Assembly (NCBI GenBank): GCA_963758295.1
Contig: CAVWUU010000004.1
Span: 608,001 to 672,000 of the forward strand
Length of the DNA stretch: 64,000 nt
Source of the DNA: Candidatus Eremiobacteria bacterium
Lineage (GTDB): Bacteria > Vulcanimicrobiota > Vulcanimicrobiia > Vulcanimicrobiales > Vulcanimicrobiaceae
Reading direction: 5' to 3'
Positions 39,699 through 49,010 of this stretch are shown piece after piece; within the stretch, counting starts at the first letter, position 1, and each line of letters starts with the position of its first letter. Position numbers and translations under genes: made by a program. Under the pieces are notes generated by a model. It worked only from the letters and a program-made list of their open reading frames with translations. It had not been told where the DNA came from and searched no databases.

Positions 39699-41009
39699 TT
39701 GGATGTGAGGCGGCGCAAACCATTGATAACCTTCGAAGAGGCCTTTGAAGCTTCTCCCGATGCAGTGGCACTCATCGAAGTCGGCGCCGACGATGCGGCG
39801 TATGGCATAATTCGCTACGTCAATTCGGCGTTTTTGAATCTGTATCAATTCGCGCGCGAAGCGGTGCTCGATAAGAACAGCGTTGATGTCTTTCGCGGAA
39901 TCGACGAAGCCGATCTTGGAGCTACGCTCGACGGCATCGCAACTGCGCGATCGTTTCGCCGCAGCCGCTGCCATCACCGGCCGGACGGCAGCAGAATTTG
40001 GATCGAGATAAGCTTCGGGCCGCTCGACGGCGACGCGCATGTATCCGGACAATGGATCGTCATTTCACGGGACGTGACCGAAACGCGCGCGCTCCACGAG
40101 CAGGTCGCGCAATTGACGGCCGCGATAGATCAAGCGCGCGATCCGATCGCGATGTTCGAAATGCGCGACGGGTTCTGGCGCTTCAGCTTCGTCAACAGGG
40201 CGTTCAACGCGGTACTTGGCTACACGCGCGAAGAATTGCTAGGACAAACCAGCGATTGCATCATGGCTGAAAACATGGATCGCTCCCGCCTGCATCGCTT
40301 GCGAACCGGGTTACGCGACGGGCAAGCCATGCACGATGAAGTTCAACTGCGAGCCAAGAACGGTGCGGTTTTTACGTTCGAGGCAAATGCACGGCCGCTG
40401 CAGCCCCAGCCGGACCAGGAGTCGTACACGGTCGTCATCTACCGCGATGTCACGTTGCGCAAACGACGCGAGGCGGATCTGCAGTACAACGCCGATCACG
40501 ATAGCCTAACGGGCCTTCGCAACCGCCGTTTCTTCGAAGAACGGTTACGTGAAGGTTGCGCGATGACGGACGACGTCACGCATTCCGCGGTGATCTTCAT
40601 CGACCTCGACGGCTTCAAAGCGATCAACGACGCATTCGGACATGCGGCCGGCGACCGCGTATTGAAATTGGCGGCTACGACAATGCGCCGTTCTTCACGC
40701 GAGCATGATTTAGTGGCCCGTTGGGGCGGCGACGAATTCGTCGTGCTGTTATTGCACAGCGGCTTGGACAACGCCCAACACACCGCAGAACATTTACTGA
40801 ACGCCGTGCTTGGTGCGATGGAAGGTGCCGGCGTTCGGGTGGGAGCGAGCTTCGGATTAAGCCCAATAACCTCGAGCGCCACGGAGACTATTGCGCGCGC
40901 CGATCACGCTTGCTATCTTGCTAAGCGTGCAGGCGGCAATCGCATTCACGTAGCCTCCGGGATGCCGATGCATCTTGACGCAGCCGAGGCAGCGGCCCAC
41001 GATGAATAA
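39699..41009 (+). CDS. Diguanylate cyclase, PAS-PAS-GGDEF
   Basis: Two PAS domains (YVNSAF, FVNRAF), HDSLTGLRNR, DLDGFK.IND.FGH..GD, RxxD I-site (REHD), intact GGDEF. Confidence 0.93.
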   Translation: MDVRRRKPLITFEEAFEASPDAVALIEVGADDAAYGIIRYVNSAFLNLYQFAREAVLDKNSVDVFRGIDEADLGATLDGIATARSFRRSRCHHRPDGSRIWIEISFGPLDGDAHVSGQWIVISRDVTETRALHEQVAQLTAAIDQARDPIAMFEMRDGFWRFSFVNRAFNAVLGYTREELLGQTSDCIMAENMDRSRLHRLRTGLRDGQAMHDEVQLRAKNGAVFTFEANARPLQPQPDQESYTVVIYRDVTLRKRREADLQYNADHDSLTGLRNRRFFEERLREGCAMTDDVTHSAVIFIDLDGFKAINDAFGHAAGDRVLKLAATTMRRSSREHDLVARWGGDEFVVLLLHSGLDNAQHTAEHLLNAVLGAMEGAGVRVGASFGLSPITSSATETIARADHACYLAKRAGGNRIHVASGMPMHLDAAEAAAHDE

Positions 41010-41050
41010 GCGCGCTTATGTCGCGCTTCTGTTATTAGAGGTTAGTGATC

Positions 41051-41191
41051 ATGTCGCAAGACGATAAGAACGATCAGGCAGAGCAAGCTCCCGCACCTCA
41101 GCCGGGAAGCTCGTCGCCTCAGCCGTCCGGAATCCCGACGATCGGCGAAAAACAAATCAAGAACACCGGTGGCACGCAGCGACCCGACTAG
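41051..41191 (+). CDS. Small hydrophilic hypothetical protein (46 aa)
   Basis: Hand translation MSQDDKNDQAEQAPAPQPGSSSPQPSGIPTIGEKQIKNTGGTQRPD*; GAGG upstream; followed by a terminator. Confidence 0.6.
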   Translation: MSQDDKNDQAEQAPAPQPGSSSPQPSGIPTIGEKQIKNTGGTQRPD

Positions 41192-41212
41192 CCGCCAAGT
41201 TCTGACATCCAG

Positions 41213-41240
41213 GGCGGGCAGCGGGCACCCGCCTTTTTTT
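41213..41240 (+). terminator. Intrinsic terminator
   Basis: GGCGGG...CCCGCC stem followed by T7. Confidence 0.8.
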
Positions 41241-41320
41241 ATGCCCTTCCGGCAGAAAGGGCTTAGCTCTTAGCTAAGGGCGCAAAAGATGGGTATATTG
41301 CTTGCGCGAGGGTATTCATC

Positions 41321-41671
41321 ATGACGCTCTTTTGGCTCAAATCCGCTCACCCGCGAAATGCCGCTTCGGACGGTTCGGAATCGCCGAAGCCGGAGCCGGA
41401 ATTCGATGAGGACGGCCGGCAGTACGTCTTCCGGTACACGCCGGTCCCGCTGCAAGCCTACCAAATGGATCGCGACCGCATCTTCCGCTATGCCCGCACG
41501 CACGAACTGCCCAGCGCTCGCGCCCGCATGATGCGCCGCGATCGACGCAACGCCGCAAGCTTCTACGAAGACGTGCGAGAGATCCAGACGCACCCGGACG
41601 TAGTCCCGTTGTGCGAGGCGCCAGCCTCTTTAGAACCCGTAGCGCGATTGCGCCTTCGATCCGCGAGCTAG
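41321..41671 (+). CDS. Hypothetical protein
   Basis: 116 aa ORF starting ATG; no recognised domain. Confidence 0.55.
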   Translation: MTLFWLKSAHPRNAASDGSESPKPEPEFDEDGRQYVFRYTPVPLQAYQMDRDRIFRYARTHELPSARARMMRRDRRNAASFYEDVREIQTHPDVVPLCEAPASLEPVARLRLRSAS

Positions 41672-41699
41672 TAGGCACAAAGGACCGGAAGCTTGCCGC

Positions 41700-42568
41700 G
41701 TGTGGCCGGGGCGGCGCGTGCAAGCCGCGCGAGCGCCGCTCGCCAGAAACGTTGCGTATGGGCCGTGCTCGAACGGTTCCGAGACCGCAACGATCAACGT
41801 GAGCGCAACCGAGACGCAGATTTACGAAGAAGATTTTTACGACTCAGCGTGCACAAATATCAAGGACAGCATCTTCCTCGACGTCATGCCGGCGGAACGA
41901 CGAGCGCGTCCGCTACCGGCAACATCACTTCCTATGGCGCGACCGGCGCGGTAACGTCGTACGAGAACCTTACACTTACGCTCGGTGGCGTAGGCACGGC
42001 CGCGGAGACACTCTCCGTTGAAATTGCGACCGCAGCCAATGCGACGTCGAAGGCCGTTTCCGACGTAGGGATGTCATGTACGATGTCGGCCTCGCTTGCG
42101 TGCGGAATTGGCGCCTTGAATCACGACGCCGCCGCTGATGACGATCTAGGTGCGACGATGCTCCTAACCATTTCCGCTGCTGCGGCCACGGGCGGCCTAA
42201 CTAACGTCACGTTGAACGGATCGGTCGGTGGATACACCGGCTCGCTGAACTCCACGATCCTTTCGCAAGGCGTGTTCCCGGCCTGGAATATTTCCGGCGG
42301 AACGGTGAGCGACACGGCAACAATCTCTGGCACGGTCTCAATGACGTCCGCGGGCGCCGCAACCTCCGGAACGGTGAGCGTTACGGATAGTGCCGACCAT
42401 GGCAGCGCGGCATTCACCGCTTCGATAAGCGGCGGTACCGGCGTCATCACCGACACCGCGACTCCTACAACGGTCGCGACCTTTACCGTGGACGCGAGTG
42501 GCAATGGAACCATCCAGTTCAGCGACGGCACGACCGGCAAGATCTCGAACTGGCAGGTGGCGGGCTAA
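41700..42568 (+). pseudogene. Thr/Ser/Gly-rich beta-strand exported-type protein; frameshifted at ~41889 and lacking a clean N-terminus
   Basis: The frame of ORF 41700 (GPCSNGSETATINV...FYDSACT) continues into the frame of ORF 41693 (GGTTSASATGNI...); no signal peptide or RBS found. Confidence 0.55.
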
Positions 42569-42580
42569 CGGCCCAGCCTC

Positions 42581-42617
42581 AAAAAAGAAGGCCGCTCGCA
42601 ATGCGAGCGGCCTTTCT
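42581..42617. terminator. Bidirectional intrinsic terminator
   Basis: AAGGCCGCTCGCA / TGCGAGCGGCCTT stem with an A-run before and a T-rich tail after. Confidence 0.85.
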
Positions 42618-42949
42618 ATTTGTGTCAAACCGGTTAGAGCGTATCCCAAGAGGCGGATGATTCCGCGGCGCGACGACCGTGCGCGCGGCGGCGGTAATTT
42701 TCAAAAAATGCTCCGCCAAGCAACGCAAAAACGCTGCCCGGAACAAGCAACGATAACGAAAACGCGATAGCCTGCACCGCATATGGATGCAGCGGGTGCG
42801 CACCAAAACCGCCCATGACGGCGATAGTGTATCACGCCGATGCAAGCAACGTCCGTATGAAAGTCTTAACAGTTTGCGGCCTATTTTGCGCCCCTTAGAG
42901 CAGGCGAGCATCTTAATCCTTGGCGCGCTTCTGTCGATACGCGAATCAC

Positions 42950-43210
42950 ATGGAGGGTTCAGGAGTGCAATTACCGGGTGACATGGACGAATTATTGAGG
43001 CGGCTGCTCGCCGAAGACGTTCCGCAACCGCTGCACGGGCGACGGTTCGAGCGGCTTTTTTCGGAGATCGACGACGGCGCGCCGGCCGTGCTGATCGTTC
43101 GCAACGGCGACGGCTCGCTGCGTGTGTTAAATTTCAACGTGAACTGCGGCGAAGCAGTCGAAATAACGGGCGCGGCGCTCCGCGCGATGTCGCGTACGCT
43201 TTCGCAGTAG
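42950..43210 (+). CDS. Hypothetical protein
   Basis: Short ORF convergent with the EAL gene; start uncertain. Confidence 0.5.
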   Translation: MEGSGVQLPGDMDELLRRLLAEDVPQPLHGRRFERLFSEIDDGAPAVLIVRNGDGSLRVLNFNVNCGEAVEITGAALRAMSRTLSQ

Positions 43211-43220
43211 CGCTTTCGAC

Positions 43221-44879
43221 CTACGACCTTAGGAAAGCGGCAAACTCGTCGGCGGGCATGGGGGCGGCGATATAGTACCCCTGTGCCTCGTCGCACCCCA
43301 GCGTGCCCAAAACTTGCAGCTGCTCGCGCGTTTCCACGCCTTCGCCTATAACCGATAACCCGCGCTTGTGCGCTAGACGTATCACGCTGGCCGCGATGTC
43401 GCGTTGCAACTCTTGCCGTTCCAGCGGCACGATAAACGTGCGGTCCAGTTTCAGAACGTCGGCCGGAAGTTCGGCCAGATAACTAAGCGCGCTATACCCC
43501 GTGCCGAAGTCGTCGACGGAGACACGGACGCCCAAGTCACGCAAGGCCTGCAAATTTCGTGCGCCCGGGCCTTCCGGTTGCAGCATGGCACGTTCGGTGA
43601 GTTCCACTTCCAGCGCTCTCGGCTCGATGCCATACTTTTCCAGAGCCTCGCGGATCGTGGCTACGGTATCCGGGCTGCGCGCTTGGCGGACCGATATGTT
43701 GATCGCCATGCGAAGCGATGAAAAGCCTTCGCGTTGCCACGTTTGCAATTGCTCGCAGGCTTCGCATAACATCCAGCGGCCGAGTTCCAGGATTACGCCG
43801 CTGTCTTCCGCAAGCGGAATGAACTGATCGGGATTGAGAAAGCCGATCTCCGGACAATGCCACCGCATGAGCGCTTCTGCAGCAACGACTTTGCCGGTTT
43901 CGATCGAGATGATGGGCTGGTATACCGCGCGCAGCTCACGCTCCGCGACCGCATAGCGAAGATGCCGTTCGATGTTGCCACGCTGCCGTTGCGTGATTTC
44001 CAACTCCTGGCTGTACACCACTACGTGGGAAGGGACACGTTCGGCTTCTCGCAGCGCCGTTTCGCCGCGCCGCAGTAAGTCCATCACCGTGATCGATTCA
44101 GCGGGCGAAGAAACGACTGCGATTCGTGTGCTTGTCACAAGCGTGTCCGAGCCAACGGCAATCGGCTTTTCAAAGATCGCTGCGACCTGCGCGACAAGCG
44201 ACGTTATAACGTCCTCGCTCCCGCGCGGAATCGTAATAGCGGCTACGTCGTCGTTATACCGGTACATGGTCACGTTGTCCGGCGCCAGGCCGCGAAGAAT
44301 TTTCGTGATGGCCTTGGCGTTTTCGCGACGGCTTTCCAGCGATCGCGTCGACGTAGCGCCGACCCACTCGAAGCGGACCAGCACCAAGCCCGAATATCCG
44401 CGGCTCTCGTGAGCGCTTTGCAAGAGGGCCGTCCGGTTGGGCCATCCGGTGCCCGGATCGCGAAACGCTAATTCGTGCAAGCGATCGCGCTCTTCACGCT
44501 CGTCGGTTACGTCGGCCGCGACGACCAGTTCCGCCCACGATGATTCGCCGTCGATGCCGGCGGCGGCCCTCGCACGAAGCCAGCGCCATTGATTTTGGAT
44601 GCGGAATCGCAATTCACCGGTGAACGATTCGAATCGCAGCAGCGTCTGCGTTAGCCGTTCGGATTCGGCCGCATCGTCTTTGTGCGTAACGCGCTTGATT
44701 TCGTGCGCGATCTCGGCGAACGGAATTTCGTCTCGTTCAAACACCCGGGTGAAGAGACCGGCAACACGATAGGCCTTGCCGTTCCCCTCGGACCACAGAG
44801 TGCCGATTCCCGCTAGAGCCTGCGCGTCTTCAAGCGTCGATCGATACCCCGGGAACCAGCTTGCGCCTCGATCAAGCAT
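43221..44879 (-). CDS. c-di-GMP phosphodiesterase: PAS-like + degenerate GGDEF + EAL
   Basis: YQP, AEALMRW, FIPLAE, INIS, ELTE, DDFGTGYS, LKLDR, EGVET and QGY all intact; GGDEF replaced by YNDDV. Confidence 0.92.
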   Translation of the reverse strand: MLDRGASWFPGYRSTLEDAQALAGIGTLWSEGNGKAYRVAGLFTRVFERDEIPFAEIAHEIKRVTHKDDAAESERLTQTLLRFESFTGELRFRIQNQWRWLRARAAAGIDGESSWAELVVAADVTDEREERDRLHELAFRDPGTGWPNRTALLQSAHESRGYSGLVLVRFEWVGATSTRSLESRRENAKAITKILRGLAPDNVTMYRYNDDVAAITIPRGSEDVITSLVAQVAAIFEKPIAVGSDTLVTSTRIAVVSSPAESITVMDLLRRGETALREAERVPSHVVVYSQELEITQRQRGNIERHLRYAVAERELRAVYQPIISIETGKVVAAEALMRWHCPEIGFLNPDQFIPLAEDSGVILELGRWMLCEACEQLQTWQREGFSSLRMAINISVRQARSPDTVATIREALEKYGIEPRALEVELTERAMLQPEGPGARNLQALRDLGVRVSVDDFGTGYSALSYLAELPADVLKLDRTFIVPLERQELQRDIAASVIRLAHKRGLSVIGEGVETREQLQVLGTLGCDEAQGYYIAAPMPADEFAAFLRS

Positions 44880-44915
44880 GTCCGTTTACTATACCACCCA
44901 ACGCGGCCGCAGCCC

Positions 44916-47898
44916 TTAGCTGAACAGCCGTTCGATGTCGTCCGGATCGAGGCCCAGCGGCGCATTGGAAGCTTCTTCGAAGAGATTGGCTGCCAGCGCG
45001 CCTTTCTGCGCCTGCAATTCGAGGATACGTTCTTCGACGGTGCCTTCCGCGATGAACTTGTAGACGAAGACATGTTGTTCTTGACCGATGCGATGCGCGC
45101 GGTCGGTCGCTTGACGTTCGACGGCCGGGTTCCACCACGGATCGTAATGAATAACCGTGTCCGCTGCGGTGAGATTCAGCCCCGTGCCGCCGGCTTTCAA
45201 GCTGATTAGAAACAGAGGCACTTCTCCTCGCTGGAAGCGGACGACCGGTGTTTCGCGATCGCGCGTGCTTCCGCGCAATTCCACAAACGCGATGTCGCGT
45301 TTGCGCAACTCCGGAGCGATGAGGTCGAGCATCGACGTGAACTGCGAAAAGAGCAAAATGCGCCGTCCATCCTCAATCAAGCTTTCGAGCATCTCGAGCA
45401 AAGCTTCCAGCTTCTGCGACTCCTGGACCGCCTTCGGCCGCCGGTAACTTCAGCAAACGTGGATCGCAACAGACCTGACGCAGTTTCAACAGCGCGTCCA
45501 GCACGACGATGCGGCTGCGCGAAAGTCCGCGACGCGCCACTTCGTCACGAACGCGAGCATGCATCGCGAGGCGGATCGTCTCGTAAAGATCGCGCTGTTC
45601 ACCGGAAAGCTCGATGCGTTGAACGATTTCGGTCTTCGGCGGCAACTCACTTTCGACGCGGTCCTTAGTGCGGCGAAGCAAGAACGGGCGAAGGCGCGAC
45701 GCGAGCGCCGTGCGCCGCAGCGTATCGTTACGCTTTTCGATCGGCGTTCGGAAAAGTTGTGCGAAACGCCGGCGTTCTCCGAGCAACCCCGGCACCGCGA
45801 AGGCGTAAATCGACCACAACTCCTCGAGGTGATTCTCGATGGGCGTTCCGGTCAAGGCGATGAATTGATCGGCGCGCAGCGAGCGCGCGGCCAGTGCGGC
45901 CTTCACCCGAGGATTCTTGATCGCTTGCGCTTCATCGAGCACCACGAGCGACCAGGTGCGATCGACGAGATGCGCGATGTCCCGCGGCAGCAAAGCGTAT
46001 GTCGTCAGCGCGATGTCGGCATCGTTGATGTCGTCGAAGCGCTCGGCGCGATCGGCTCCTGTGAGTGAGACCACGTGCAGATCCGGGACGAAGCGCGCGA
46101 TTTCCGAACGCCAGTTGGGAACGACGCTCGTCGGAGCCACGATGAGCACCGGTGCGCGAAGACGGCCCGCCGCTTTTTCGATCGCCACGTGCGCCAAAAG
46201 CTGGACGGTTTTTCCGAGGCCCATATCGTCCGCTAGAACGCCGCCGAAGCGATGCGCGCGAAGCGTTTGCAGCCACGCGACGCCATCATGTTGGTACGGA
46301 CGCAATTCGGTTTTAAAAGTTGCCGGCAAGTCGACACGCCGCGCTTCGAGCGATCCAACGGCTTCGATGAATTCGCGATAGGCCGGACGATTCGACCACT
46401 CGACGCTCGTGACGGCACGGTCCAAGTCCGCAATCGCCGCGGCACGAACGGCGGCGACCGAAAGCGCTCCGCTCTCGCCCAAAATTTGCGGGCCTTCGAA
46501 GAGTTCGGAGAGCGTCGCGAGCACTCGGGCGACGCGTGCCGGAGGCAGCGCAACGTATGCGCCGTTCGGCAAACGGCCGAAGATCGGCTCCGAACGCAGC
46601 GCCAACGTCGCAAGATCGTCCGATGCGCCTATGCCGTTCTCGGCAAGCGCCTGCACAAGAATGGGAAGCAGCGCAATGCGCTCGCCTTCGACGTCTATGC
46701 CTAGATCGAATTCAAACCACTGCGGCTGCGACTCACGCAACTCGGCGTGCCATGAGTCGCCGGCTTCTGCGATTTCGTAGGGGAACGCTTCCTCGACCTC
46801 GATCGCCCAACCCTCGCGCCGCAGTTTCGCGACCGTGTCGCCGAGGAACGCGATCCAGCGGCGCTCGTCGCCGTCCGGCATGCGAAGCACGACGCGATCT
46901 ACGTCGACCGCCGCATCATACGGCGGCTCGAGCGGCATCAAACCGAGCGCGCGTAAGTTTGCCAGCGCGTCCGTTTCGAATGAACGGTGACGCGGCCAGG
47001 TTGCGGCCCCGTTCGCAGAGTTCACGCGAAACTCGCGCACGTTCGAATTAGGCGCGATGATTTCGTCCCCGTACGCGAATGCGAGTTCGGCGACGGCAAA
47101 CGTGTCGGAGCCGGCGGCATGATTGCGCGCACCGAACGTGCTTAGGGAAAGCATCGGCGTCGGATCGCGTTCGATGACGCGAACGTCGACTTCGGCCTGC
47201 GGTCCTTCGATGCCGGCGGAGTCAAAGAGTTGGCGCAACGAAATTTGAGTGCGGCGCGCTTGGGCGGCCGTCAATGCGGGAGCGTTCGCGATTAAGGTTG
47301 CGAGGGACGCCGGTACGGCCGAGTGCACGGCGCCGGCCGAAAGCGAGTATGGATCGACGTACCATAGCGGCGACGCAGCGACGAGGACGCTTTGCGGCAT
47401 GCCCTCAACGTGCGGCCGCTGCCGTCCGTCATTGCCGATGCGCCAGGCGATACGCGCGTCTTCCGCCGCGCGCAACTGGAGCGGCGGTTCGGTAACGGAA
47501 CGCCAATGCAGCCGTCCTGTTTCGATGGCGACTTCCAACAAGGTCGCGAGTACCGCCGGCGAGACGCCGGAAAGTCCGCTCAACAATCCGCTCGCCGTAA
47601 CCAGCCTTCCGATGAGCCGGTCCACGGGCAGCGCAAATTTGGCGCTGCTCGTGGCGAGAGAATGGAGATCGTACGTTTGCGGCGTGCCGGCAACTCCGTC
47701 TTTGAGCAACGGCACGATGTACGCCGCGAGATGGAACGACGGCACGTAATACCGCTCGCGAATATCGATGGCGTAACGAATTTGCTGGCGAGCCACCGAA
47801 CGCGGTACCGCCCGGTTGGACGCCGCAAGCGAGTCGATCCAACTATCTACGGCACCGTCGGCAGCATCGCGCCGGCCGTCGTCTTGATTCAAAAACAT
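44916..47898 (-). CDS. SNF2-family DEAD/DEAH helicase (single frameshift at ~45435)
   Basis: LRPYQ, LADDMGLGKT, LDEAQ.IKN, LTGTPIEN, LRQVCCDP, FSQF, SLKAGGTGLNL, DRAHRIGQ. Removing one base joins ORFs 45373..47898 and 44916..45401. Confidence 0.93.
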
Positions 47899-47915
47899 AG
47901 GTTAACATTCAGCCG

Positions 47916-48890
47916 TTAAGGCTGGAAGAGCACCTTTCCGTGGCGTCCGGGAGTAACTGCCGCACGCAGGGCTTTTGCGCAGTCCTGAAGCGAATACGTC
48001 GCATCGACGGCGAGCGGCAATTCACCGGAGAGCGCAAGTTGGAACACTTCTTGAATCACGGCAAGCCGCTGTTGCTGCGAAGCGCGCTGCATCCACGAAG
48101 ACATCCAGAATCCACGCACGATGAGTTCATTGGAAATCATCAAGCTCGGATCGAGTTTCATGGCCGTGCCCGCCAAACCGCCGAAGACGATCAATTCACC
48201 GCCTGTCCCCAGCAGTCGCTGCATATCGATCGATTGCGGCCCGGCGATAGAATCTATCGCTCGAACGACGGGCGCACCGCCGGTCATTTCTTGCACGCGT
48301 TCGTGCCGGCCCTCCACGTCGGAAACGACGACGTTCACAGCGCCGGCTTCGCGCAGGCGTTGCGCCGCGGTTTCGCTGCGTACGAGATTTATGATATTTA
48401 CGCCGTTCTTCTGAGCCAGGCGCATGAGCATCGTCCCCACGGCGCCGTTAGCCGCGTTCTGCACGATCCAATCGCCCGATTTTACTTTCAGCTCTTGCAG
48501 TAGCACAACGGCGGACATCGGCATCGCGAGCAATTGCGACGCACGCTCATCATCGATCGCGTCGGGCACCGGCACAAGCGTTACGGCCGGTGCAAATGCA
48601 TACTGCGCCCATGCGCCGGTTGCCATAGCTGCGACGCGCATGCCCGTCTGCACGCCGTTTACGCCGTTGCCGATCGCATCCACGACGCCGGAGAGTTCGG
48701 TGCCTCCGATCGCGGGCAGCTCAGGTTTGTACCCGTACGTTCCGCGGATCGTCGCAAGATCGTGGTTATGAATGGGCGAGCGTAATACGCGAATGCGCAC
48801 TTGTCCCGCAGGTGGTTCCGGCACGGGCTTCTCGAGCGGCCTTACGACTTCTGCAGGGTCGCCAAATCGATCGTACTGCAAAGCGATCAT
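47916..48890 (-). CDS. MDR-superfamily NADPH oxidoreductase (2-enoyl thioester reductase-like)
   Basis: SPIHNHDL.TIRG.YGYKP.LP, QLLAMP.SA, QNAANGAVG, GKVL; the start could alternatively be ATG 48932. Confidence 0.88.
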   Translation of the reverse strand: MIALQYDRFGDPAEVVRPLEKPVPEPPAGQVRIRVLRSPIHNHDLATIRGTYGYKPELPAIGGTELSGVVDAIGNGVNGVQTGMRVAAMATGAWAQYAFAPAVTLVPVPDAIDDERASQLLAMPMSAVVLLQELKVKSGDWIVQNAANGAVGTMLMRLAQKNGVNIINLVRSETAAQRLREAGAVNVVVSDVEGRHERVQEMTGGAPVVRAIDSIAGPQSIDMQRLLGTGGELIVFGGLAGTAMKLDPSLMISNELIVRGFWMSSWMQRASQQQRLAVIQEVFQLALSGELPLAVDATYSLQDCAKALRAAVTPGRHGKVLFQP

Positions 48891-49010
48891 CCAGCGTTTC
48901 TTCGCGGCGGGACCTTCGCTTCCCACGTTCATACCTTTGTCGATTACCACGGGACATGGCAACGGCCGGCGGTTACCCGCCGGCCGTCCGAGGATCAAGC
49001 GCTCCGGTTA

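Noticed and set aside
42634..42870. Minus-strand membrane peptide with an in-frame TGA at 42832-42834 (selenoprotein or read-through)
   Set aside because: No Cys/Sec-type context or recognisable SECIS; at most a short peptide or gene remnant
44916..47898. SNF2 helicase as part of an anti-phage system (DISARM/Zorya-like)
   Set aside because: No methylase, nuclease or other defence genes are adjacent
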